Shown: positions 38,727 to 48,714, counted from the stretch's first letter. The stretch: 64,000 bases of DNA from an uncultured virus (IMG/VR IMGVR_UViG_2623621010_000003) (IMGVR_UViG_2623621010_000003); one strand, 5' to 3'. Program-made: numbers and translations. Notes: generated by a model from the sequence alone, not told the origin.

Positions 38727-41447
38727 ATGTCAAATATTAACGTTCTCATCGACGAAAAAATAAATCAGCTCTTCAGCTTTAAGCGGGTTGGAGACTGGTA
38801 TCGTCAGGGAATTTGCCCCAACTGTGGCAAGAAAGAACTCTACACACACGCAATCAATCCGCGTGTGGTCAAATGCGCCCGTCTTAACAAATGCGGCTAT
38901 GAAGAACACGTCAAAGAAATCTGTGAAGACCTATTCAAAGACTGGTCTAAAGACTTTCCACGCACCAAAGAAAACCCGCATGCCGCAGCAGACGCTTACC
39001 TGCTTCATGCACGTGGTTTAGACCCAAACCTGCTCAAAGGTTTATACACCCAAGAACTATTCAGAAATGACCTCAAATACCCAAACGAAGTCACCGCAAC
39101 CGTCCGTTTTAAACTGGCAGATGGCATTTATTGGGAACGCTTTATCGACCGTCCAGAGCGTTTTGGTCGTCAAAAAGCAAACTTCATAGGCAAATACGAA
39201 GGTCACGCTTGGACTTTAGACAAGCTCGATGCCTTGTGTAATGCACCTTCTATCTGGATTACCGAAGGCATTTTTAATGCTATTGCGCTGAGTTTTAGCA
39301 AACAGCCCAGCATTGCGACCCTTTCAACCTCTAACTATCCAAGCATTATCCTCAAGCAAATTGCCGACCGTTGTATCGAACTCAAAAAAGACCGTCCGCG
39401 TCTACGTTGGGCATTCGATAACGACAAAGCAGGCAAAAAGGCCATCAAGAAGTTTCACCTTCGTGCCTTACAGGAAAAATGGGACTCTACCGCAGCTCTG
39501 CCATCAGGTACTTTGGACTGGAACGACCTTTACCAACGCGACCAACTGCATTCCGAATACCGCGACCAGTACAAACACTATGGCGAACTGCTTATCGCCG
39601 AGTCTCCAGAGCAAGCAGGTTTGCTAATTTACAACTATAAGGATGCCCGTAGAAAAACCTTCTGGTTTAACCACAACTTTCGCTTGTACTGGTTCAACCT
39701 CGATATGGACAAATACACCAAAGAACTGGAGCGCATAGAAGCAGATCCAGAGCGTGATTTATTACTCGATAACCAAAAGCGTGAACTGGCTTTACAGCAA
39801 TGTGCTGCCGTTTCCGAAATCTGTAATCGTCAGCTCAACCCACTGTATTTTCAGCGCAATGAAATTACAGATGAGTCCTGGTATTACTTCCAAATTTTAG
39901 ACGCAGAAAAGGAAATGAAAGCCACCTTTACTGCGGACCAAATTTCGGCAAAAGGCAAGTTTGCCCCACGTTTGTTGTCGGTTCAGGTGGGTGCATGGTG
40001 GACAGGTAATGACCATCAGCTTTTAACCTTCATGAAAAACCAAACCGAGCGTTTACGTGAAGTTAAAACCATCGACTTTATAGGCTACAGCAAAGAATTT
40101 AAGGCATACATTTTCAACCAACATGCCGTCTACAAAGGGCAAGTCATCGACATTAATGACCATGACTTCTACAAAGTTGGTCGTATTGAATTAAAAACTT
40201 TGGCAAACAGCCCAAATGTTCAGCTCAATCCAAAATCCACCTTTCACCCGACATGGTGGAAAGACTTTTACCGTGTCCGTGGCGCAAAAGGACTCATCGC
40301 CCTGGCGTGGTGGACTGGCTCATACTTTGCCGAACAAATTCGTGCTATGCACAGCTCTTTCCCTTTTATCGAAATTGTCGGGGAAGCAGGTGCAGGTAAA
40401 TCACGCCTCATTGAATTTATGTGGAAGCTCTCAGGTCGACCAGACTATGAAGGTTTCGATGCCAACAAATCCACCAATGTCGCGGTGTACCGTAATTTCG
40501 CCCAAATCTCTAACTTGCCAGTGGTACTTATTGAAGGTGACCGCAACGACCAAAACGGTAATGCTGTCGGTAAACCCAAGTTTTCATGGGATGAACTGAA
40601 AGATGCATACAACGGTCGTGCCATTCGCTCTAAAGGGCTAAAAACCGCAGGCAATGAAACTTACGAGCCGCCTTTCCGTGGTGCCATCATGATTAGCCAA
40701 AACACTGCTATTCAGGCATCCGAGGCTATTCTGACCCGTACTTTACACCTCTATTTCGACCGTAAAGGACAGTCGCTCGAAACCAAACGCATTGTTGATG
40801 AACTCGACCGCATGAACATTGAAGATGCCTGCACTTACATGACCCATTGCCTACGTCATGAAACAGCTTTTCTTCAAACCTATGCAGAGAAGCTCGATCA
40901 AATAGAAAAAGAGTTCCATAACAACGGCATTACCCATACCCGTATTGCGCTATGCCATGCCCAAGTTTCAGCCCTGATAGATGCCTTGGCAAAGCATGTT
41001 TTGCACGATGTTCTAGACCTTGAAGATGTCTGTGCGGCCAAAGACATGCTGTTCGATATGGCACATGAACGCGTGAAACAGCTCAATGGAGATCATCCAC
41101 TGGTTGAACAATTCTGGGACGTTTACGAATACCTCAATTCAAGCCGTTCTAGCGACTTCTCGATTAACCATTTTGACCATGATGCGCACCAAATTGCCAT
41201 CAATCTAAACGAAGTCTACAAAGTTGCTGCCAAAAACTATCAGCAGCTCCCAGACATCAAAGAAATGAAGAACCTTTTGACCTCCAGCCGACGCTATAAG
41301 TTTGTCGATAAAAGCCGAGTCGTGAAAAGCCACCGCTACCCTGCGGACGAAGTCAAAAACGCACTGGAAGACCGAACCCTGCGCGAACACACCGTTCGCT
41401 GTTGGATATTCCAAAATCCTGCCATTTCAGGAACACCCAACTCATGA
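38727..41447 (+). CDS. primase-helicase replication protein (Zn finger + Toprim + P-loop)
   Basis: CPNCGKKELY...C.RLNKCG; ITEGIFNAIA; AFDND; GEAGAGKS. Confidence 0.88.
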   Translation: MSNINVLIDEKINQLFSFKRVGDWYRQGICPNCGKKELYTHAINPRVVKCARLNKCGYEEHVKEICEDLFKDWSKDFPRTKENPHAAADAYLLHARGLDPNLLKGLYTQELFRNDLKYPNEVTATVRFKLADGIYWERFIDRPERFGRQKANFIGKYEGHAWTLDKLDALCNAPSIWITEGIFNAIALSFSKQPSIATLSTSNYPSIILKQIADRCIELKKDRPRLRWAFDNDKAGKKAIKKFHLRALQEKWDSTAALPSGTLDWNDLYQRDQLHSEYRDQYKHYGELLIAESPEQAGLLIYNYKDARRKTFWFNHNFRLYWFNLDMDKYTKELERIEADPERDLLLDNQKRELALQQCAAVSEICNRQLNPLYFQRNEITDESWYYFQILDAEKEMKATFTADQISAKGKFAPRLLSVQVGAWWTGNDHQLLTFMKNQTERLREVKTIDFIGYSKEFKAYIFNQHAVYKGQVIDINDHDFYKVGRIELKTLANSPNVQLNPKSTFHPTWWKDFYRVRGAKGLIALAWWTGSYFAEQIRAMHSSFPFIEIVGEAGAGKSRLIEFMWKLSGRPDYEGFDANKSTNVAVYRNFAQISNLPVVLIEGDRNDQNGNAVGKPKFSWDELKDAYNGRAIRSKGLKTAGNETYEPPFRGAIMISQNTAIQASEAILTRTLHLYFDRKGQSLETKRIVDELDRMNIEDACTYMTHCLRHETAFLQTYAEKLDQIEKEFHNNGITHTRIALCHAQVSALIDALAKHVLHDVLDLEDVCAAKDMLFDMAHERVKQLNGDHPLVEQFWDVYEYLNSSRSSDFSINHFDHDAHQIAINLNEVYKVAAKNYQQLPDIKEMKNLLTSSRRYKFVDKSRVVKSHRYPADEVKNALEDRTLREHTVRCWIFQNPAISGTPNS

Positions 41448-41522
41448 AAATACAAAACAACAGTAAATATAGAAACTTAACTCATGCACAATTCAGAACA
41501 GTGGTACACAAGGGAGGCATAA

Positions 41523-41801
41523 ATGGCTGAGTACGTGATTACGGTTGAAGCAGACCGAGCACCTGAAATTTTACTGGGTCAAAAACTCTTTGGTGGCAAA
41601 GTCACAGCCCTAAATTTAGGTAAACGTAAACTCGTATCTGCCTCAGAACTTGCCGAAAAATATGGCTTATCCAACACCACAGTCCGAACCAAACTGGCAA
41701 CCATTAACCAGGGAACTTGTGGCAAACATTTATATGACCCTGAACTGGCAGATGCCATGCTGTCCAAAACCTCCCGCACCCACAGACGCAGAAAGGAATA
41801 A
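41523..41801 (+). CDS. putative excisionase/HTH protein
   Basis: ELAEKYGLS..TVR HTH; convergent with the integrase. Confidence 0.55.
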   Translation: MAEYVITVEADRAPEILLGQKLFGGKVTALNLGKRKLVSASELAEKYGLSNTTVRTKLATINQGTCGKHLYDPELADAMLSKTSRTHRRRKE

Positions 41802-41834
41802 GAAAAACCAATTAATCACCCGCCTAGCGCGGGT

Positions 41835-42860
41835 TTAATTATGCCTGTTAAACGCTTCCACCAAATCATCCGCATTGGGGTTGTAGTAAGTATTCACCAA
41901 CACATCAATTTTCTTATGTCCAGTAATCTTGGCCAACACTTCTACAGGCAATTTTCTAACCCGAACCATCCGCGTAATGGCTTCATGTCGGGTATCGTGA
42001 AAATGCAGACCACTTAAACCCACCGCTTCCTTTCGTCTTTCCCACATTAACCGAAACGCATTTTCAGACTGCGGAATCACCTTTTTACCATCATGCTTAA
42101 TCAAATCCAACAATGCCCGCGCTTCTTCAGTCAAAGGTACATTGCGAGGCTCACCATTCTTGGTTTTCGGCAGGTGAATATGATGCTCATGCACATCTTT
42201 CTTTTGTAGCGTAATTAATTCACCCCGACGTACAGCCGTTTCCAAAGCAAACAAAAATCCCCATGCGACATAATGCTGTGGCAAAACTGGAGTTTCCCCC
42301 ACTTCATAATCCAACGCTTTCAGCATTAACTCAATTTCAGACTTATGAATACGACGCGATCGCGCTTTTGGCTTCTTCGGCTTGGTAATCAGCATCCATG
42401 GGTTTTCATCGATTAGAAACAGCTCTTTTTGTGCATAAGTAAAAATAGCACTATAAAAAGAGATCTCTTTTAAAACCGTATTCGCCCCAACCTCTCCAGA
42501 TCGGCGGTTGCGCCAGTTGGTCAGTTGCTTTGGAGTAATGTCATGCACAGACGTACCCGACAGAAAACCAAATTTTTCATCAAATATACCAAGCTGACCT
42601 TTAATCCAACTGCGGGAACTTTTAGACTCTTTATATTGGCCAACATGCTCGTAGTAGTGATCGACCAACTCTCTAAACGAAAATTTAGGCTTAATCCCTT
42701 GCTCTTCTTCTCTGGTAGCAATTTTGGACTCTAATATTTTTTTCGCAGCCCACTGTTCACATTCTCGACTGGTGTCACGGGTGCAAGATACACGTTTTCC
42801 ATCAATTTGAAGCTGAATACGGTAAACATCGCCTCTTTTAACGGGCTTTGGCATTTTCAT
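41835..42860 (-). CDS. int: tyrosine integrase
   Basis: ETAVRRGE, TKNG, FHDTRHEA, TGH, YY catalytic residues; adjacent to att. Confidence 0.95.
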   Translation of the reverse strand: MKMPKPVKRGDVYRIQLQIDGKRVSCTRDTSRECEQWAAKKILESKIATREEEQGIKPKFSFRELVDHYYEHVGQYKESKSSRSWIKGQLGIFDEKFGFLSGTSVHDITPKQLTNWRNRRSGEVGANTVLKEISFYSAIFTYAQKELFLIDENPWMLITKPKKPKARSRRIHKSEIELMLKALDYEVGETPVLPQHYVAWGFLFALETAVRRGELITLQKKDVHEHHIHLPKTKNGEPRNVPLTEEARALLDLIKHDGKKVIPQSENAFRLMWERRKEAVGLSGLHFHDTRHEAITRMVRVRKLPVEVLAKITGHKKIDVLVNTYYNPNADDLVEAFNRHN

Positions 42861-43004
42861 TGGTGCAATTCTTGGTGCATTTCTGGGGAAGTTTATTAAT
42901 TATTTCTACTATTTTTTAAAATATCTAGGCAAAACAACAAAACTCAAACCATAAAAAAAGGGCTTACAAGTCGTTGAAATTGCTTGTAAACCCTTATTTT
43001 GTCT

Positions 43005-43049
43005 TGGTAGGCATATCCAGACTCGAACTGGAGACCTCTACGATGTCAA
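43005..43049 (-). repeat. att core = 3' half of tRNA-Val(GAC), junction between the two prophages
   Basis: Identical to 862-906; no tRNA 5' half adjacent. Confidence 0.92.
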
Positions 43050-43288
43050 TATCAAGCTATAACCTGATATAAGCCATTGGAATATAACAATTTGATAGGT
43101 TATTTTTGAGCTTTTTTTAGTCAAAAATTTACCCAACTAGACCCAATAAAATCAATAATTTAGCACTTCATTTCTCTACAACTTTTTAAGCCTTTTCCCT
43201 GAAATGCTTAATAGTAAATTTATCTTATATGTCACTTTGGCAGAGCTATAACGCACCTATAAAAAACCGCCCTTTCAGGCGGTTATTT

Positions 43289-44110
43289 TTACTTGATTAG
43301 GCTGTACCTTTCATGCGGTAAAGTCTTCAACTCAAACATGTGTTGGTAGTCATACGCTGGCAGTTCTACATTGTGCTTTTTGCATAGATCCGATATGGCA
43401 TAGGTCATATAGAACATATTGTCATGCAGCATAGACACCAGTAACGGATTGAGTTTTGCCAATGCTGGGCTATGGGTATTCCACCATGCCTGAAATAGTT
43501 TGGCTTGCCCGCAGAGTATTTCTATAGATTGGTTTTCATCTATATGAATATCCCCTTTTGCTTTAATCTGCATGGTTTCTAGGTAGTCCACAGCGTCTTG
43601 AAAGTGCATCGCCAAAAGTTCGCTATAACGTGGGATGCGGAAGTGCTTGTTATGTCTAGCCCAGAGTTCGGTGCGTTTCTTTGTGCTGCCCTCACAACGT
43701 CGGTCGACGATTTCTTTGAGTATGGCTTGTTGCTCTGCGTTGATTTTTACTCGTGTGTCGATTTGCTGTTGCAGTGACTCTTTGTCCAGTACATCGAGTA
43801 CCCATTTACGGAATTCTTTGGCGACTGGTGTACGAGCAAACATAGCGATTAGGTGACAACCACGTAGGGAAAAGATGCGAGCCTTTATTACTAAATTCGA
43901 GGTGCTCAAATTGACCACCTCGGGAGATTCAATAATTTTCGTCATTTTTGATGTGAACTCATCTGCATAACGATTGAAAATTTTAGTAACAGATCTCGTA
44001 TCAGCATATCCTAAAGCTGTCGCCAATTCTGTTGATGTTAAATATGACAGACCATCTTGTACGATTGGTGAAAAATTTACTTCGTTAAAACTTAATGTTA
44101 AACTGCCCAT
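43289..44110 (-). CDS. Bro-N antirepressor-like protein
   Basis: RIFSLRGCHLIAMFARTPVAKEFRKWVLDVL. Confidence 0.85.
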   Translation of the reverse strand: MGSLTLSFNEVNFSPIVQDGLSYLTSTELATALGYADTRSVTKIFNRYADEFTSKMTKIIESPEVVNLSTSNLVIKARIFSLRGCHLIAMFARTPVAKEFRKWVLDVLDKESLQQQIDTRVKINAEQQAILKEIVDRRCEGSTKKRTELWARHNKHFRIPRYSELLAMHFQDAVDYLETMQIKAKGDIHIDENQSIEILCGQAKLFQAWWNTHSPALAKLNPLLVSMLHDNMFYMTYAISDLCKKHNVELPAYDYQHMFELKTLPHERYSLIK

Positions 44111-44186
44111 AGTTCATATCTCGCTGATTTGACTACACTAAAGCCCTTGCCGTCCAAAGTTCGGGCTTTTTTGTTGTCTGCTAATT

Positions 44187-44342
44187 TCATGCTTTCGCAT
44201 TCTCTTGTTCTTTCAAAAATTGCTCAACAGCCTTATTAATAAGATAGTTCATGGAGCGCTTATCTTCTTTTCCGTAACTTTTAAGCTTTTCATGCAAATC
44301 GCTTTGTAATCGAGCCTTTACGTATACAATTTTTTCTTTCAT
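44187..44342 (-). CDS. Arc-family ribbon-helix-helix repressor
   Basis: VKARL..DLH.KL......RSMN.LI; start taken at MKEKIV. Confidence 0.75.
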   Translation of the reverse strand: MKEKIVYVKARLQSDLHEKLKSYGKEDKRSMNYLINKAVEQFLKEQENAKA

Positions 44343-44358
44343 ATCAACCCTTGATAAT

Positions 44359-44445
44359 GCCTCACTTTGTGGCATTTAAATAAATATAGCCACACTTTGT
44401 GGTAATGTAAATACTTAACACAAAATATTTACCACACTTTGTGGC
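44359..44445. promoter_or_regulatory. three operator repeats CC(A/T)CACTTTGTGG
   Basis: Quasi-palindromic copies at ~44359, 44389 and 44431 between divergent RHH genes. Confidence 0.7.
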
Positions 44446-44457
44446 ATTGAGGTTTTC

Positions 44458-44925
44458 ATGAGTAATCAAACTGATCACACCATAGTTAGATTGCGTGTAC
44501 CACCTGAATTAAAAAAGCAAATAGAAGAATCATCTGAAAATAATAATCGCTCACAAAGTGCTGAAATGGTTGCCCGCTTAGAGGATAGTTTTCTAGTATC
44601 AGACAGTACAGGCAATTCCCAAGCTGATATAAAAATCATTCCATTGCATAACGGGAAAAAACGTGTGATTTATGGGAAGTTACTGAATACATTAGATTTA
44701 GACTACACCCAACCGCTCAGCGACCTGAAAATCGATATCGAGCTGGCACTTGCGACTTTAAGCCGCTCCTCTATTTGGAAAGCATTCCAATTTCTGACTA
44801 AAGACGTAATTGTTGTCCAAGGCAATAACCATCTAAATATTGTGGACAATGGTAAGAAAGGTTTAGGTTGGCTAGTTGTGGAAGACCACTATGTCAACAC
44901 ATCAAAAAAAAATGATGAAAGCTAA
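44458..44925 (+). CDS. Arc/Mnt-family repressor
   Basis: VRLRVPPELK..IE.....NRSQSAEMVARLE.SF. Confidence 0.8.
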   Translation: MSNQTDHTIVRLRVPPELKKQIEESSENNNRSQSAEMVARLEDSFLVSDSTGNSQADIKIIPLHNGKKRVIYGKLLNTLDLDYTQPLSDLKIDIELALATLSRSSIWKAFQFLTKDVIVVQGNNHLNIVDNGKKGLGWLVVEDHYVNTSKKNDES

Positions 44926-45048
44926 GTTAAGTTAATTTTTAGCGTTAAAGCGAAGTTAACTTTAGTAGTGGGAAGAATATCGGCTATTGGTACTCGATTC
45001 CTAGAAGTGTAAGTTTTAGGGATTAAAAAAAGCACCGTAAGGTGCTTT

Positions 45049-46572
45049 TTATGTATAGTTACTGCCAAATAATTCATCTGAATCTAAACAGCACTTTTTG
45101 TACTTTAACTCTGAGCCACAATGACATTTATCATTTCTGCCTTTTTTTACTTTAATTCGAGAATCATGATTTCTAGCTACATCTTTATAATTTGTAAATT
45201 CTCTGAAAATATGTTGTTCTTTTCTTAACTTCTCAGCAGTCTTTTTCTCTTTATAAGGTAATATCTTGGGATATTCAAACAAATAAACTCCCTCACTTCT
45301 ACCTTCTGAACCTAATGGTTGAGTGGCAAGTACTATCACCTTTGTATATTTGGGGTTTAAATATTTTGCAACTAAGCCATATCCATGTGAATAAGCATTT
45401 CTTTTAACTACATATTCCTCAATGCTTTCATTTTCATCTTTCGGTAATAATAAGAAAACATACAATAAATCCTTATATGGAATTGGCTCAATAATTCTAC
45501 CACTTCGTTTATTTGTTGGTACATTTATAAACTTTTCTTTGAAAGCATCAGTCAGCAATGCTCTAAAACTTATGTTTTCAGATGCTAACGTTCTCACTGC
45601 TACTTCGTGAGATGCTAAATCAAGTTCTGCACCTTCCCCAACTTGAGCTGTTACTATTCCATCTGAGAACCTAGTAATTAGCTCCTCCCAATATTTACTT
45701 TTCTCAATTAATATTCTTCTAAGTGTACAATTATAGGAATTTTGATAGGCGTCCCATTCATCTTCTCCTATAAAAACAGCGTTGTCATTTGAAAGTGTAT
45801 ATTGCTTAATTTCATCGAAATTAAATTCATTTCGAGCTAACAAAGATGGTTCCTGAGATAAATAAAATGCTAGAAAATTTTCCTCTCCCATTGAGCCACT
45901 TAAATTATATTTTCTTATGAAAATTTCTTTAAAAGTTAAATAATGTAAGAAATCGGAAATAGTTCCTGTATTTTTAATAACAAGATCTATGGAGTATTCA
46001 TCAAATACGTGCACAAATGTTTTTTCAGTATTAAAATCGTTTAATGTAAATGGCTTTTCCATAACATCTTTTTCTTCCAATGCGTACATATGCACAAATG
46101 TTCCTGAGCTTCCCTCAGCAAACTGGCTAAAATATTTTTTTGCAGGTTCTAATGTATTTTTTGTTAAAGCTACTAGATGAATCTCTAAATTTTTGTTGCT
46201 CAGATCAAATGGAAATTTATTTTGGCATTTTTTATCTAAAAAAACCCTATGAGGATTATTTCTTATCCAGCTTTCTGCTCCATACAATTGATTTATAGAT
46301 TTTTTAACAGAATCTTTATACCATCTTTTCCATGATGTATTTACGTCTTTATTTTCATTAAATTTATTATCTTTGTCTGAAAAAATTATAATTTTATTTC
46401 CAAAAGCAACGATAGCATCACATATTTCAACTCCTTCATTTTTAGTTAATAAATTTCTATCATTACATGGTCCAACATATGACCATAAAGATAAAAAAGT
46501 ATCATTTAATAATTTAGACATTTGTCTTTCACTGTCTGTAACCCCTTCACTTTTATAAATAGGCTTAAGCAT
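45049..46572 (-). CDS. SEC-C motif protein with putative NERD/PD-(D/E)xK-like N-terminal domain
   Basis: EICD.IV.FG..IIIFS.K; C-terminal GRNDKCHCGS..KYKKCC. Confidence 0.65.
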   Translation of the reverse strand: MLKPIYKSEGVTDSERQMSKLLNDTFLSLWSYVGPCNDRNLLTKNEGVEICDAIVAFGNKIIIFSDKDNKFNENKDVNTSWKRWYKDSVKKSINQLYGAESWIRNNPHRVFLDKKCQNKFPFDLSNKNLEIHLVALTKNTLEPAKKYFSQFAEGSSGTFVHMYALEEKDVMEKPFTLNDFNTEKTFVHVFDEYSIDLVIKNTGTISDFLHYLTFKEIFIRKYNLSGSMGEENFLAFYLSQEPSLLARNEFNFDEIKQYTLSNDNAVFIGEDEWDAYQNSYNCTLRRILIEKSKYWEELITRFSDGIVTAQVGEGAELDLASHEVAVRTLASENISFRALLTDAFKEKFINVPTNKRSGRIIEPIPYKDLLYVFLLLPKDENESIEEYVVKRNAYSHGYGLVAKYLNPKYTKVIVLATQPLGSEGRSEGVYLFEYPKILPYKEKKTAEKLRKEQHIFREFTNYKDVARNHDSRIKVKKGRNDKCHCGSELKYKKCCLDSDELFGSNYT

Positions 46573-46672
46573 TTTTTATCTACAATAATTTTAGTTAAAA
46601 CAAATATATATTTTTTTTAAAGTTATTCAATATGTATTTTTTTTAAGATAAAAGCGCCTCACGGCGCTCTAC

Positions 46673-46957
46673 TTATGCAAAATTCTGAACCAATTTCTTT
46701 ATGACTGGCCGTTGACGTTGGCTGGCATTCCATAAATCATGCTGCATCTGCAAATTCAGCCAAAACTCTGGAGAAGTTTCCAAAGCCTCGCTTAAACGAA
46801 TTGCCATATCTGCTGAAATACCTGTATGGCCATTCAAAATACGAGATAGATTTGCACGAGTAACGCCTAGTGCTTGAGCTGCCTCCGTCACAGGAGTTTC
46901 ACCAATGTATTCCCGTAACATTTCACCAGGATGTGGTGCATTAAACATCATATTCAT
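46673..46957 (-). CDS. higA: HigA antitoxin
   Basis: HPGEML, LGVTR..LS.I.NG..GIS.DMAIRL, PEFWLNLQ. Confidence 0.93.
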   Translation of the reverse strand: MNMMFNAPHPGEMLREYIGETPVTEAAQALGVTRANLSRILNGHTGISADMAIRLSEALETSPEFWLNLQMQHDLWNASQRQRPVIKKLVQNFA

Positions 46958-46978
46958 CTTAGTACTCCTGCGCTGGGC

Positions 46979-47260
46979 TTAGTGATAGTCCAGATAATCC
47001 ACAATGTAGACATCACCATCTTCAAATTTAAAAATTACCCGCCAATTACCGTTTACAGTCAGCGACCATTGATCTTGTAGATTTCCACTTAACTTGTGCA
47101 ATCGCCAATTGGGTGGAGTTCTTAGATCATTCACTGTAGAGGCAGCATGTAACGCTGCGAGGATTAAACGTAATTTGGCAGAATGCGCTGCTTGAATACC
47201 TGCTGTTGTACCAGTTTGGAAAAAAGCCTGAAGACCTTTATGTTTAAAACTCTTAATCAA
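46979..47260 (-). CDS. higB: HigB toxin (RelE family)
   Basis: IKSFKHKGL, LHKLSG, WSLTVNGNWRV.F.F, DYLDYH. Confidence 0.93.
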   Translation of the reverse strand: MIKSFKHKGLQAFFQTGTTAGIQAAHSAKLRLILAALHAASTVNDLRTPPNWRLHKLSGNLQDQWSLTVNGNWRVIFKFEDGDVYIVDYLDYH

Positions 47261-47340
47261 GCTTTAGCATCCATTCGTATAGCGTATATATACAATATAC
47301 ACCACCTTAAAAAATATGTATAGCCGATAAACCCCATATA

Positions 47341-47406
47341 AAGATAAAGTGCCCCACGGCGCTTTATTTATGCAAAATTCTGAACCAACTTCTTAATGAT
47401 TGGTCG
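47341..47406 (-). pseudogene. duplicated higA 3' end plus terminator
   Basis: Diverged copy of 46645-46711, encodes RPIIKKLVQNFA*. Confidence 0.7.
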
Positions 47407-47463
47407 AACCCAATCCATGATGGTTTCAAATAAGATATTGATGCTCAATGTAAAATTTCAAGA

Positions 47464-47491
47464 ATTTTGCAGAAGGTGTATTATGTTGATT
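47464..47491 (+). other. XerC|XerD (pdif-like) site
   Basis: ATTTTGCAGAA-GGTGTA-TTATGTTGATT. Confidence 0.75.
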
Positions 47492-47520
47492 TTAGGAATT
47501 ATTAATTTTAAAAATTACTT

Positions 47521-48030
47521 ATGCTCAAAGCTTTTATGCTAGTTGTCGTGTTAATTTCAACTTCTATCAATAATCTATCGCATGCAGAGACCAATACATT
47601 GAAGGAAAATATGATATTAGAACCATTTATATTTGAAATTGGTTCTAATTTTTCAGATATTCAAACTAAATTCAGCTTAGAAGCAAAGACTTCAGGAGTA
47701 AATTTCATTAAAGAATCAAACTGGTACAGATTAAAAACACCTGTAGGATTTATTTCCCTTCAAGAGTGGAAAGGTAAACTTCATTCTATTGCTTATGAAA
47801 TTGATATAGATGATGTAGAAACAAAAAAGAAATTAATAAACTATCTATTTGAAAAATATAAAAATAATTTTGAATGGGTAGAACGGGTTGATAATGGGTT
47901 TTATATTTCATATGAATCATCTAATGATTCTATCCAAGGAATCCATGCTTATTCATTAGGAACAACTATTTCTTTTACTAGTAATGAAATTAGAAAAGCT
48001 GAAACAAAGGTTCGATTTCCAAATCTTTAA
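47521..48030 (+). CDS. exported hypothetical protein (cassette 1)
   Basis: Signal-peptide-like N-terminus ending SHA; AT-rich; between pdif sites. Confidence 0.65.
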   Translation: MLKAFMLVVVLISTSINNLSHAETNTLKENMILEPFIFEIGSNFSDIQTKFSLEAKTSGVNFIKESNWYRLKTPVGFISLQEWKGKLHSIAYEIDIDDVETKKKLINYLFEKYKNNFEWVERVDNGFYISYESSNDSIQGIHAYSLGTTISFTSNEIRKAETKVRFPNL

Positions 48031-48045
48031 TTTGTGAAACCAGTT

Positions 48046-48073
48046 ATTTAACCTAATGGAGCTTATTCGAAAC
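48046..48073 (-). other. XerD|XerC (pdif-like) site
   Basis: ATTTAACCTAA-TGGAGC-TTATTCGAAAC. Confidence 0.72.
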
Positions 48074-48223
48074 TGGCATCATTTCGAGGGCTTTTTTTCA
48101 TTAACCCACTACACACCTACGGCGATATGAACATATGCAAATGATCATAAAGAAGCCATGATAGTGCGCTGAACCCATTATGGATTCATATAAGATATTG
48201 ATGCTTAATGTAAAAGTTTAAGA

Positions 48224-48251
48224 ATTTTGCATATGGTGTATTATGTTGATT
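48224..48251 (+). other. XerC|XerD (pdif-like) site
   Basis: ATTTTGCATAT-GGTGTA-TTATGTTGATT. Confidence 0.75.
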
Positions 48252-48334
48252 TTAGAGAAGTTTAAGAGTCAATACTAATGTAATTTATTAATCCTTTATT
48301 TTTAGGCTAATCAAGATATTCGAGTTATGTAGAT

Positions 48335-48631
48335 ATGAATGATGTAAGAGATGGGTTGTTGCTCTTGGAAATGGATGAAAATAGTCTAGAAAAATATACA
48401 TACTCCTTGAAAGATATGAGGAAAGTAATCATTTATGCGCTTTCTGAAAGCGTATCAAACTATTGGCCTGAATTAGCTTTAAACTGGCTTCAAAAAAAAC
48501 CTGAATATCTTGATAGTGATGTTTTATATTGGATTGATAATCTAATTAAGGATAAAAATAATTATTCTCAGAAGGTTAGACATCTGGCTACAAAGATACG
48601 TAAGAATTTTTTGGAAATACCTAGTACATAA
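48335..48631 (+). CDS. small helical hypothetical protein (cassette 2)
   Basis: ORF between pdif sites; YWPELALNWL motif. Confidence 0.65.
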   Translation: MNDVRDGLLLLEMDENSLEKYTYSLKDMRKVIIYALSESVSNYWPELALNWLQKKPEYLDSDVLYWIDNLIKDKNNYSQKVRHLATKIRKNFLEIPST

Positions 48632-48652
48632 TTATGAGTGATGTATAGGCTC

Positions 48653-48689
48653 CTTTAACATAATGGGCAATATACGTATTATGTTGGTT
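48653..48689. other. XerD|XerC site overlapped by a second XerD arm
   Basis: CTTTAACATAA-TGGGCA-ATATACGTATT then TTATGTTGGTT at 48679-48689. Confidence 0.62.
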
Positions 48690-48714
48690 AAGCCCCATTT
48701 AAAGAACAAAAATC

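Larger units (their letters stand above)
862..43049. mobile_element. complete P2/phiCTX-like (Peduoviridae-type) prophage
   Basis: 45-bp direct repeats, integrase at the right end, canonical P2 gene order Q-P-O-N-M-L-X-lysis-R-S-V-W-J-I-H-FI-FII-E-T-U-D-ogr. Confidence 0.95.

Noticed and set aside
862..43049. P4-like satellite or PICI
   Set aside because: Despite the primase and CI/C4-like RNAs, the element encodes a full head, tail and lysis set.
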